Shown here: piece by piece, positions 9,643-18,970 of the stretch
Position numbering within the stretch: the first letter of the stretch is position 1
Layout of the letters: each line of letters opens with the position of its first letter
Source: Candidatus Micrarchaeota archaeon
GTDB lineage: Archaea; Micrarchaeota; Micrarchaeia; Anstonellales; Bilamarchaeaceae
Length of the DNA: 64,000 bases
NCBI GenBank assembly: GCA_038046765.1
Contig: JBBSVN010000003.1
Coordinates: forward strand, 32,001 to 96,000
Direction: 5' to 3'
Translations under genes and position numbers: made by a program
The notes under the pieces: generated by a model
What the model was told of the DNA's origin: nothing
Seen by the model: the letters and a program-made list of their open reading frames with translations, nothing else
Database searches by the model: none

Positions 9643-11049
9643 ATGACAGAAGGAAAAGAAGCTTTGGAATCTTTAAGTAATTACAAGCTAGGTTTTAGCG
9701 ATGACATTAAATATACTTATAGTACTGCGTTAGGCCTAGATGTTGGCACTGTAAAAGATATTTCAAAACACAAAAATGAACCTGAATGGATGCTTGAAAA
9801 AAGACTCCAGGCATACAATATTTTCATTAGTAAAAAAATGCCTGATTGGGGGGCCGATTTAAGCGGAATTAACTTTAAGGATCTTACTTACTACAAAAGT
9901 GTTAATGATAAGAACGTTGATGCTTGGGATATGGTTCCGGATAAAATTAAACAAACTTTCGATAAGATAGGAATTCCCGAAGCGGAAAAGAAATTTTTAA
10001 GTGGTGCCAGTGCGCAATACGATAGCGAAGTAGTTTATCATAATTTAAAGGCCGAGTGGGAAAAACTCGGTGTCATATTTACTGATATGGATAGCGCAGT
10101 TCGGGACTATCCGGAAATTGTCAAGAAGTATTTCGGTACAATAATTCCTGCAACCGATAACAAGTTTGCCGCATTAAACGGTTCAGTTTGGAGTGGCGGT
10201 AGTTTTGTTTATGTTCCAAAAGGAGTTCATGTTCCAATCCCACTTCAAGCTTACTTTAGGATAAACGCGGAAAAAGTCGGTCAGTTCGAAAGAACGATTA
10301 TTATTGCTGAAGAAGGCTCGAGCGTACATTATATCGAGGGTTGCAGTGCCCCAATCTATTCCGCATCTTCATTACATAGCGCCGTAGTTGAACTAATCGC
10401 AGAAAAAGGTGCACACATAAGATATACAACGATCCAAAACTGGAGCGATAATGTTTACAATTTAGTTACCAAGCGGGCGGTTGCTCATGAAAATGCTCTA
10501 GTTGAGTGGTTAGATGGAAATATCGGCTCAAAGGTCACAATGAAGTATCCTAGTATTTATCTAAAAGGAGAAGGCGCAAGGGGCGAAGTTATAAGCGTAG
10601 CTTATGCTGGAAAGGGACAACATCAGGATGCTGGAGCAAAAATATTTCACATGGCTCCAAACACAACCTCAAGAATAATTTCAAAAAGTATCAGTAATCA
10701 TACTGGCAGAACCAGCTATAGAGGAATGGTTAAAATTCTAAAAGGGGCCAAAAAATCAAAGTGCTATGTTCAATGCGATGCTTATATGCTCGATAAGGAT
10801 TCAAGAAGCGACACTTATCCAAACATACAAATTCAGGAACAAGATGCTACGGTTGGTCATGAAGCCAAAGCAGGAAAAATTAGTGATGAAAAATTGTTCT
10901 ATTTAATGTCTCGTGGGCTAAGCGAACAGGAAGCTTTGCAAATGATTGTAATGGGATTTATCGAACCTTTTACAAAAGAACTTCCGTTAGAATATGCAAT
11001 TGAGCTTAATCGGCTTATACAAATTCAATTAGAAGGTGCAGTGGGTTAA
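9643..11049 (+). CDS. sufB: Fe-S assembly protein
   Basis: AQYDSEVVY, WSGGSF, GQFERT, YIEGC, HEA, FYLMSRG. Confidence 0.97.
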   Translation: MTEGKEALESLSNYKLGFSDDIKYTYSTALGLDVGTVKDISKHKNEPEWMLEKRLQAYNIFISKKMPDWGADLSGINFKDLTYYKSVNDKNVDAWDMVPDKIKQTFDKIGIPEAEKKFLSGASAQYDSEVVYHNLKAEWEKLGVIFTDMDSAVRDYPEIVKKYFGTIIPATDNKFAALNGSVWSGGSFVYVPKGVHVPIPLQAYFRINAEKVGQFERTIIIAEEGSSVHYIEGCSAPIYSASSLHSAVVELIAEKGAHIRYTTIQNWSDNVYNLVTKRAVAHENALVEWLDGNIGSKVTMKYPSIYLKGEGARGEVISVAYAGKGQHQDAGAKIFHMAPNTTSRIISKSISNHTGRTSYRGMVKILKGAKKSKCYVQCDAYMLDKDSRSDTYPNIQIQEQDATVGHEAKAGKISDEKLFYLMSRGLSEQEALQMIVMGFIEPFTKELPLEYAIELNRLIQIQLEGAVG

Positions 11050-11054
11050 TTAAC

Positions 11055-12194
11055 ATGTTTTCAAGACTTTATCAGGAATATGTTACAATGATTTCAAACT
11101 CAAGAAGTGAACCCGAATGGGTATTAGAAGAACGTTTGCAAGCATTAAGTGCAATTGACAACTTTATTGAAGAAGATAAAAGTCAGAAACTTGCAAATGA
11201 CCTCACTTTTCTTTTTGAAAAAACAAAATCAATTAAAGGAGCTAAAAAAGAAATTCTTGAACATGAAAATATTGGGTTCCTTTCACTAGGGGAAATTCTT
11301 AATAGCAACAAATCAGAATTCTATCAAGAAATATTTCTCAATCGTTTTAATCATTCATTTAGGAATCCCCAAATGGCATTTCTAAATGCTTTTTTTACTG
11401 ACTGTACTTTTTATTTCGTTGATGATAATACAAATGCTCAAATTGCAATCGACTCCCTTTCTGGCCTCAGCCTGAACTTTTTTATACTTGGTAATGATTT
11501 AGATTTTGATTTAATAAACTCCGTAAGTGGTCTAACTATGCAATCAAATGAGTTATATACTGGCGAAAATTGCAACGTTAATTCTCTTATTTATCAGGAT
11601 AACTGCAAGCAAAGTTTCGTTTCCCAAGTAAATCTAATAAATAATTTTAGTACTGTTCACGCTAATGCTTGCTGGTTCGGTGGGGGAAGCGGGGAAATAT
11701 ACAATAAACTTATTGGTACAAATGCCAATGGTTATGACTTAGAAATATTTGTAGCTGATGCAGATAACAAATTACAACTAAATTCTGTTCTTGAACATGC
11801 TCAGTTAGGTACTAAAGGAAATATTCACATCAAAGGAATTGGTAAAGATGTTTCTAGTTCCAAATCCAATGGGATGATAAAAATTAATAAAAATGCTCCA
11901 AAAAGTGAGTCATTTTTGGATCAACACGTAATATTACTTGGTCCAAACGCTATTTCGGAGGCTAACCCAGACCTCGAAGTAGAAAATAACGATGTTTCAT
12001 CAAGACATGCTGCAACTGTGTCTATGCTTGATGAAGATAAGCTTTTTTATCTTAAATCAAGAGGTATTGAAGAAGATTTGGCAAAAGACCTGCTCGTACG
12101 TGGATTTCTTGAGTCTGCAGTAAGAAAAATTAAAAGCGAGCATATGCAAGACTATGTTCTTGCTGTCCTTGAGTCAAAATTGCAAACACAGTAA
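11055..12194 (+). CDS. sufD: SufD-family protein
   Basis: ANPDLEVENNDVSSRHAATVS...FYLKSRGI; follows sufB. Confidence 0.88.
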   Translation: MFSRLYQEYVTMISNSRSEPEWVLEERLQALSAIDNFIEEDKSQKLANDLTFLFEKTKSIKGAKKEILEHENIGFLSLGEILNSNKSEFYQEIFLNRFNHSFRNPQMAFLNAFFTDCTFYFVDDNTNAQIAIDSLSGLSLNFFILGNDLDFDLINSVSGLTMQSNELYTGENCNVNSLIYQDNCKQSFVSQVNLINNFSTVHANACWFGGGSGEIYNKLIGTNANGYDLEIFVADADNKLQLNSVLEHAQLGTKGNIHIKGIGKDVSSSKSNGMIKINKNAPKSESFLDQHVILLGPNAISEANPDLEVENNDVSSRHAATVSMLDEDKLFYLKSRGIEEDLAKDLLVRGFLESAVRKIKSEHMQDYVLAVLESKLQTQ

Positions 12195-12323
12195 TTTTAG
12201 TGATTTACATTAAATTTCCAAAAAACCACTAGTTTAAAAACTTATCCTCGAATATTATATATAACTAGTCTTATCTTTAGTCACGTTCTTAAATGTGGCG
12301 AGGCGTAAGCCGGAGGTTTTGAA

Positions 12324-12683
12324 ATGAAAAAAATAAAAAAAGTATTTAAAAGCAACAACGTTTTATCTGCTCTTATAAATAAACTTAATATGAGCCAAAA
12401 CGCAATATGGAAAAAGGTAGCTTATGAATTAAATAGGCCAAGAAGGAGTCAGGTAGAAGTAAACCTAAGTAAGCTTTCTACGATTGTAAAAGAAGGAGAT
12501 ACTGTACTTGTACCAGGGAAAGTTCTTGGATCAGGAAATCTTGATAAAAAAGTCACGATTGCAGCATTTTCTTTCACAAAAAGTGCATCAATGCTTTTAG
12601 CGAAAACTGGTTCTAAACAGGTTTCTTTTGAAAAACTTCTAGAATCAAATCCATCTGGAAAAGGAATTATTATTGTTAAATAA
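12324..12683 (+). CDS. rpl18e: 50S ribosomal protein L18e
   Basis: RPRRSQVEVNLSKL...VPGKVLGSG...AAFSF. Confidence 0.95.
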   Translation: MKKIKKVFKSNNVLSALINKLNMSQNAIWKKVAYELNRPRRSQVEVNLSKLSTIVKEGDTVLVPGKVLGSGNLDKKVTIAAFSFTKSASMLLAKTGSKQVSFEKLLESNPSGKGIIIVK

Positions 12684-12695
12684 GGTGTATTTGGA

Positions 12696-13109
12696 ATGTT
12701 AACTATTGACGGTAATGGTCTGGTATTAGGAAGAGTAGCGACACAAATTGCAAAAAAATTAATCCAAGGGGAAGAAGTTCACCTTGTAAATTGTGAAAAA
12801 ATAATTATCACTGGAAATGAAAAAGAAATAACTGAACACTATACTCAAAGAAGAAGGTTGCAGAACAAAGGTACTCCTGAAAAGTCGCCTGTGTGGCCAA
12901 AAGTTCCTAATTTACTTGTAAGAAGAATTATTCGAGGTATGTTACCATGGAAAAGTTCTAGGGGTAAAATTGCTTTTAGACGATTGCGTGTTTATGTTGC
13001 AAATCCAAAAAATATGGCTGCGGTTACAGTAGATGTTGCAAAACCAGCTTCGATTTCAAAGTTTATAACTATAGAAAATTTGTGTGTAGCCTTAGGTTAT
13101 GCAAAGTAA
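12696..13109 (+). CDS. rpl13: 50S ribosomal protein L13
   Basis: IDGNGLVLGRVA...RRIIRGMLP. Confidence 0.96.
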   Translation: MLTIDGNGLVLGRVATQIAKKLIQGEEVHLVNCEKIIITGNEKEITEHYTQRRRLQNKGTPEKSPVWPKVPNLLVRRIIRGMLPWKSSRGKIAFRRLRVYVANPKNMAAVTVDVAKPASISKFITIENLCVALGYAK

Positions 13110-13126
13110 AATAATGGTGAATACTT

Positions 13127-13804
13127 ATGGTTGAAGAATCTAAAGATAAGAAAACAAAAGAAATTAAGGAACAAAAGAGACCAAGAAAAGTAAAAGATAC
13201 AAAAGATGCTCCAAAGGAAGTGTCTAGTGTTTCTGTAGAAACAAAAGAAAACCTTTCTGTTGCTACTCCTGTTGTTCATTCAAAAGCTGCTTCAATAAAC
13301 GATCAAGTAAAAGAAGTTAAAACAGAAGCTAAAACCGAAGTACAACCAGTACCTCAAGAAGAGAAAGCTAAAAAAGTTCCAAGAAAAAAATCAAAGAAAT
13401 CTGACAAAGCAACAATAAGTAGAGGTAAGCGAAAGGAAAGTGTTGCAAGGGCCACTGTTGTAAAAGGTAAAGGTCAGGTCAGAATAAATCACAGGAGCTT
13501 GGAGTCTTATTATAATAATAAGTATGTTCGTGCGATTGCAATCGAACCACTTCATTTACTAGGAGATCGATCAAAAGAAATAAACGTTTCAATAACGGTA
13601 AATGGTGGCGGAGTAATGGGTCAGGCTCAGGCCGCAAGAAATGCAATTGCAAATGCTCTGGTAGGGTACTTTGAAGATGACACATTAAAACAGATGTTTA
13701 TTAACTTTGACCGAACCTTGCTAATTGAAGATGTAAGGCGTGTTGAGTCAAAGAAATACAAGGGTCCAAAAGCAAGAGCAAGATACCAAAAATCTTACAG
13801 GTAA
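13127..13804 (+). CDS. rps9: 30S ribosomal protein S9 with a long charged N-terminal extension
   Basis: GKRKESVARA...GGGVMGQA...KARARYQKSYR. Confidence 0.96.
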   Translation: MVEESKDKKTKEIKEQKRPRKVKDTKDAPKEVSSVSVETKENLSVATPVVHSKAASINDQVKEVKTEAKTEVQPVPQEEKAKKVPRKKSKKSDKATISRGKRKESVARATVVKGKGQVRINHRSLESYYNNKYVRAIAIEPLHLLGDRSKEINVSITVNGGGVMGQAQAARNAIANALVGYFEDDTLKQMFINFDRTLLIEDVRRVESKKYKGPKARARYQKSYR

Positions 13805-13876
13805 TCTGTTTTCTGGATTTTTATTTATTTTTTATTTTATTATCTTTCGCAAGTTTATATTTGAGGTGCAAATACG

Positions 13877-14074
13877 ATGGAGTTTCCAATACGATGTTTT
13901 ACATGTGGTGCAATAATCGGCGATTTATACGAACAGTATAAAAACGGTTTAAAAGCAAAAAGTACTGCTGAAGAAACATTAAATAGTATGGGTATCGATA
14001 GATACTGCTGCAGAAGAATGTTCATTTCACACGTTGAATTAATTCAGGGTATATCTAAGTACTCAAGAATTTAA
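13877..14074 (+). CDS. rpoN: RNA polymerase subunit N (Rpo10)
   Basis: PIRCFTCG...RYCCRRM. Confidence 0.97.
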   Translation: MEFPIRCFTCGAIIGDLYEQYKNGLKAKSTAEETLNSMGIDRYCCRRMFISHVELIQGISKYSRI

Positions 14075-14103
14075 CTGTGCTTGTATTTCCCTTTTATTTT
14101 TAA

Positions 14104-14221
14104 GGGGCTGTGAGGTAACCTGGTATCCTGCAAGCTTGGGGTGTTTGTTATCTGTGTTCAAAAGTTATCGTTTCCAGAACCCAAAACTGAAAACAGAAAA
14201 CTGATTTTCACGGCGGCCCCA
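14104..14221 (+). tRNA. tRNA-Pro(GGG) with a 45-nt intron (14163-14207) at T-loop position 59/60
   Basis: Acceptor GGGGCTG/CGGCCCC, anticodon arm CAAGC-TTGGGGT-GTTTG, T stem CTGTG/CACGG interrupted by a relaxed-BHB intron; CCA not encoded. Confidence 0.88.
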
Positions 14222-14333
14222 TAAATTTAATATAATAAACTAGAAATAATTCACATAAAAATAAGTTAATTTTTTAAATTTCATGTTTATATCTCGCGGT
14301 CAAACGCGATTTATTAAAGGAAAGGTGTAACAT

Positions 14334-14966
14334 ATGGCTGAAAAACCAACTATGCTTGTAAAGCAAGAAACTTATCTGTAAGCGGGGGTACATATAGGTA
14401 CCAAAATAAGGACTAATGATATGGAAGAATTCATCTTCAAAAGAAGGGATGATGGCCTATATATATTAGATTTAAGAAAAGCAGATGAAAGGCTTTTACT
14501 AGCGTCAAAATTACTTTCAAAATACAAACCAGAAGATGTATTAGTAGTAGCATCACGTACTTACTCTGGTAATCCAGCAAGTAAATTTGCAGCATTAACT
14601 GGCGTTGACTTAATTAGAGGAAGATTTATACCTGGAACTATGACAAATTTAGACTACAAAAACTTCAAGGAACCAAGTGTCATTTTTGTATGTGATCCAA
14701 AAGGAGAAAAAGAAGCAATCGTAGAAGCTTCTAGGAATGGAATTCCAATTATCTCATTAGCAGATACAGATAACGAAACAAAATTCCTGGATTTAGTAAT
14801 TCCGATTAATAATAAAGGTAAAAAATCTTTGGCATTGGTATTTTATATATTATCAAGAGAACTTATGCTTTCACAAGGTAAAATAAAATCTTATGAAGAG
14901 TTCCCACATGAAATCTCTTACTTTGAGCAGACTGAAGTGCCAAAAGAAGAACCAAAGAAGCAATAA
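14334..14966 (+). CDS. rps2: 30S ribosomal protein S2, with an in-frame TAA at 14379-14381
   Basis: AGGTG SD then MAEKPTMLVKQETYL*AGVHIGTK...GRFIPGTMTN...IPINNKG. Confidence 0.9.
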
Positions 14967-15035
14967 TTTTATCTTTTTTTATTTTCTATTATTTTTTTAT
15001 TGGTTTTATTTTTCTGGTTTTATTTCGTAGAAATT

Positions 15036-15683
15036 CTATAATATTTTTTCTATTTCCTCCAATTTTTCTATTTTAAATTTAGCTTCCGATAAATCTAAGT
15101 TTTTGTTTATTTTTGTGATTAATGCAATACTTTTCATTCCTGCTTTATTTGCGCCTTTTATTCCAGCTGGAGCATCTTCAATTACAATACATTCTTGTGG
15201 TGCGATCTCAAGTTTCTTGGCTGCCCTTAGAAATATTTCTGGATTTGGTTTGCTATTTTTTATTTCATCTCCTGCTACGATTATATCAAAAAATTCTTCT
15301 ATTTTAAGACCAACAAGAACCATCTTAATCCATCTTCTTGGTGATGATGATGCAACAGCTAGTTTGAGATTCTTTGTTTTTAAATTTTTGAGTAATTTCT
15401 GGAGTTTTTTATCCTCTTTTAAGTTTTTTTGTAGTATTTCCTCATAAATAGGTCGTTCGATTCTTTGGAGTTCTTCGACAGTCGTATTTATATTATACTT
15501 TTTTATAATTTCAGTCCAGAATGCTCTTTCGTTCCAACCTAAATATTCTATCAATTCCTTTTTTGTTATTTTATGTCCAAATTGTTTGACTGTTTGTATT
15601 TCGGCCTTAAAATGTAAATCTTGGGAGTCAATAAGCACACCATCCATGTCGAAAATTATTGCCTTTACTATAAATTCTTTCAT
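15036..15683 (-). CDS. HAD-family phosphatase (beta-PGM/CbbY-like)
   Basis: FDMDGVLIDS, ASSS, KPNPEIF, IEDAPAG. Confidence 0.93.
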   Translation of the reverse strand: MKEFIVKAIIFDMDGVLIDSQDLHFKAEIQTVKQFGHKITKKELIEYLGWNERAFWTEIIKKYNINTTVEELQRIERPIYEEILQKNLKEDKKLQKLLKNLKTKNLKLAVASSSPRRWIKMVLVGLKIEEFFDIIVAGDEIKNSKPNPEIFLRAAKKLEIAPQECIVIEDAPAGIKGANKAGMKSIALITKINKNLDLSEAKFKIEKLEEIEKIL

Positions 15684-15734
15684 AATCAGGCTGTACATTT
15701 ATCTTTTTTAAAACGTTGCTTTGTCGGAGGTTTT

Positions 15735-16472
15735 CTAGTCAAGTTTTATGTTCTTTCTCTTTTCCTTATACCCCCATTCTAAAAGTGTTTTCAAATTCTC
15801 TACATCTGCAGCATTATACCTAACTAATTTGTCCAATGCTTCTAAATCGTTGTTCTTTTTGTATTTTTTCCATAGAATTACTGCGTCATAACCATTCATT
15901 CCTTTAAGATCATCTTCTCTTTCTAAACCAAACTGCGCTTCTATTTTTTTAAGTCCGCCCCGAACTCCTAATGAAGATAATAAAAATCTGGTATCAACAT
16001 GTAAACTTGGGACTTTTGCTTGCGGGATATCTCTTCTTATAAAAGGAATATCAAAGAGTGATCCGTTAAATGTTACGACCATTTCGTATTCTTTAATATC
16101 CTCTACAAATTGATCTAAGTTCTTCCCATGAACATAACTGTGCGTTTTACTTCCGTCAAATAATCCAATTACTGTTGTATAATCTCTGTGCTTAGAAATT
16201 CCAGTTGTTTCAATGTCTAAATAAGCGATTTTATTAAAATAAGGAAATGCTCGCCATGCTTCTCTTCTAGGTAGGGTGTTTCCAAAATATTCCGCGTTCT
16301 TGTTTGCAAGTGCCTCCCTAGATGCATGGATAATTGCGCAGTGTTCTATATGATCTTGCGAATTAGAAAAATTATCGATGTAGTCATTCCAGTTTTTAAC
16401 ACCATTTTCCCATAATGCACGTTCTTTTTTCTCTCCGAATTTTGGTAAATGAATAAATGTATTTTCTAGCAT
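15735..16472 (-). CDS. RNase H-like exonuclease (YprB/RNase_H_2)
   Basis: YLDIETTG, TFNGSLFD, GGLKKIE, YNAADV. Confidence 0.9.
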   Translation of the reverse strand: MLENTFIHLPKFGEKKERALWENGVKNWNDYIDNFSNSQDHIEHCAIIHASREALANKNAEYFGNTLPRREAWRAFPYFNKIAYLDIETTGISKHRDYTTVIGLFDGSKTHSYVHGKNLDQFVEDIKEYEMVVTFNGSLFDIPFIRRDIPQAKVPSLHVDTRFLLSSLGVRGGLKKIEAQFGLEREDDLKGMNGYDAVILWKKYKKNNDLEALDKLVRYNAADVENLKTLLEWGYKEKRKNIKLD

Positions 16473-16511
16473 ACGGGGGATTAAGCAGATTAGAATTAAA
16501 TATCTGTTTAC

Positions 16512-17072
16512 TTAATTTTTGCTTTTGGAAGGGTTATAAAGATCAAATCGAAAACTTACTGTTTCTCTTTTGGGGTCTTTATTATAAATGAGGTTTTCGA
16601 CAAACCCATTCTTTCTATAGAAGCGTAATGCGTGTTCATTTTTCTTTGAATCCACTGTTATAAATCGCGATGCTATATTCTCTTGGCTATTTCTAACAAT
16701 TCCGATTATTACTTCTAAAATTGTTTTTCCCAGTCCTTTTTTGGCATATCTTTCATCTACTGCAAGTCTACCTATTTTTACAGAAGGGAATGATTTATAC
16801 GGAATTCCTGCAGCTTCAAACTTACTTCGTTCTTCATCTGCTAATCTTATTGAATCGGTTTGTAGCGAAAAGTAACCTATGATCTTTTTTTCTTCGTATA
16901 TTATCAATGTTGATTGGGTAACCATCTGTTCTCTATGTTTTTCTAGTTCTTCTCTTAAAAATTCGTCTAAATCTGTATTTCCACAATTAAAATCAGATTC
17001 TTTTATTAGTGGACTTAGCAGTTGGGTGTATTTGACGAAACTTATTTTGTTAAAATCTAAAGCTTCGTCCAT
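16512..17072 (-). CDS. GNAT acetyltransferase, toxin-type
   Basis: FNCGNTDLDEFL, PSVKIGRLAVD, RFITVDS, FYRKNGF. Confidence 0.88.
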   Translation of the reverse strand: MDEALDFNKISFVKYTQLLSPLIKESDFNCGNTDLDEFLREELEKHREQMVTQSTLIIYEEKKIIGYFSLQTDSIRLADEERSKFEAAGIPYKSFPSVKIGRLAVDERYAKKGLGKTILEVIIGIVRNSQENIASRFITVDSKKNEHALRFYRKNGFVENLIYNKDPKRETVSFRFDLYNPSKSKN

Positions 17073-17090
17073 TTTTATCACTAGCTAAAG

Positions 17091-17246
17091 CTATTCTTGT
17101 TTCTTAATATACTTCTTGTAAGCTTTATCCGCATTCTTTAGTAGTTGCTCTTTTTTTTCGCTGTATTCCACATTTTTTAAAGATGCGATAAATGCTTCTG
17201 CATCTTTGCCATGTAAAACAGGAGTTGATTCTATTGGTTTAGCCAC
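17091..17246 (-). CDS. Small putative antitoxin (51 aa); not in ORF track
   Basis: AGGTGA SD, GTG start, MAKPIESTPVLHGKDAEAFIASLKNVEYSEKKEQLLKNADKAYKKYIKKQE; directly upstream of the GNAT gene. Confidence 0.8.
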   Translation of the reverse strand: MAKPIESTPVLHGKDAEAFIASLKNVEYSEKKEQLLKNADKAYKKYIKKQE

Positions 17247-17584
17247 ATATTTCACCTATTTATAATATATAATTATAATCTTTAGTCTATTTAATGGTTG
17301 GTTTAGTTAAAAATTAAAATTAGATGTGAACCGCACAAGCCGCACAAGTTACCCTGCCGAATCCTATACGGATATACGCAATCAAACATTGCGTATAGAT
17401 CGAGACCGGAACGCTTCATGGTCTCGAGATATTTAATCACAATATATTCAAGCAATACTTATTTAAATCCAGAGAATTTTATTTAGTTATTTAAAATTCT
17501 CTAGCTATCAAAATATTAAACATATTTTGACATATTTTTGTTTTTTACAGAAATTGACAGAAAGAGAAACTGCTTATTTTTGAT

Positions 17585-18652
17585 TTATCCAAGCTTTCTT
17601 ATAGCTTTAGCCAACTCTTTTGCATCTACTTCAAACATATGTGATTTGTATCTATCTGTTTTATTCAAATAAAGTTTTCCAAATGCCCCAGTAATTTCAA
17701 CTCCTCGATCTCCTCTTAATTCTTCAAATGTTTCTCTTTTAACTACATGCCATTTCCTAAAATCAAAGAATCCTAAGATTTCCTTATCTATGAACCAAAT
17801 TGTATTGGTTTCATGGTCATAGTAAGGCGGTGCGGCATCAAACCAATTCTTATTTGGTGAAATCGTTAGCGGGTGCATCTCCATTTTCTTTCTTTTGTAA
17901 TCCTTAAAAATCAGTCTAAAAATTATTTGGTCTGTTTGGACTAGATAACTCTCATTTTGTAGGTCCGTTATCTTAACTATATTTGGTCTGCCAGATTCAA
18001 AAATAAATTTTTCACCAGTTTTAGTGTTAAATATCCATAATCCGGTTGCGGGCACAGAAGCTGGCCCCGGAAATCCTATGATCATACTACTAGATCCAAT
18101 TAAAACATTTTCTTGATCTAAATTTACAAAACCACGAAAATCTGTAAATCCATCTATTTTTGGTTCTGTTTGTAGTCCATCTCCAAAAATTACAATTTCT
18201 GTAAATCCATCTTGACTGTACTTTACTGTAAAAAAATTTCCGTTTCTATCAAAACCTAATAATCTTGATATAACTAAATCTCCTTCTCTGACAAAATTAA
18301 CCCCCCATGCTTCACTAACTATTTCTGCCTCTCTAAATTCCTTTGGTCTAGAAATTAAATAAGAAAGTCTTGGGTCAATATAATCTCCAGTTAATGCAGG
18401 CATAGTTTGCTCATGAATTAATCTGGGTTCTGTTCCTTCTTTTTCTAATTGGTAACATCTTAAATTATGTGCAAAAAAATCTTCTTTTTCCGCTTCATTT
18501 GCATTTTTGTGTTTTTCTAGTACTTCTTCGATTCTTAGTTTTGTAAGTTCGTCTTTGTATTTTCTAGTCATTACAATTAAATCCTTTGGCCTTCGTAATA
18601 CGATGTCTAACTGTTCACCAACAAAAAGTTTTTTTAAATTAGGTCTAGACAT
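17585..18652 (-). CDS. Hypothetical protein, beta-rich C-terminal part
   Basis: 355-aa ORF; no family recognised. Confidence 0.7.
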   Translation of the reverse strand: MSRPNLKKLFVGEQLDIVLRRPKDLIVMTRKYKDELTKLRIEEVLEKHKNANEAEKEDFFAHNLRCYQLEKEGTEPRLIHEQTMPALTGDYIDPRLSYLISRPKEFREAEIVSEAWGVNFVREGDLVISRLLGFDRNGNFFTVKYSQDGFTEIVIFGDGLQTEPKIDGFTDFRGFVNLDQENVLIGSSSMIIGFPGPASVPATGLWIFNTKTGEKFIFESGRPNIVKITDLQNESYLVQTDQIIFRLIFKDYKRKKMEMHPLTISPNKNWFDAAPPYYDHETNTIWFIDKEILGFFDFRKWHVVKRETFEELRGDRGVEITGAFGKLYLNKTDRYKSHMFEVDAKELAKAIRKLG

Positions 18653-18822
18653 AAAATCTCTTTAAATAAAACTTCTTAAAAATTAGCGTTTTTTATTTCC
18701 TAGAGCACCTTCCCCAAATATTCTCCAGTATGCGTCCCGCTCCTATTTTCCCATTCCTGTATATACTCGTCCAAATAAGTTTTACCGATTCCCAAATCTG
18801 AGGTTATAGAAGTTGGACGAGT

Positions 18823-18880
18823 ATGTCATGAAGAAACGTCTTCATGAGCATGCTCGCGAATCCGTCTGGTGTTCGCGACA
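18823..18880. repeat. 58-nt twin-hairpin element, copy 1
   Basis: atgtcatgaagaaacgtcttcatgagcatgctcgcgaa-N11-ttcgcgaca; homologous to 53481-53538. Confidence 0.8.
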
Positions 18881-18970
18881 TAGATCGAGTCGAGTTTTTT
18901 ACTTGACTCGGGATATTGTTACTTAACAATTCCCATTTATATCTAAAATTGGGTATTCTCATTACCCATT

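Noticed and set aside
14379..14381. Genome-wide TAA reassignment
   Set aside because: TAA terminates many conserved genes in the window at the expected positions (rtcB, rpl18e, rps9, uvrA).
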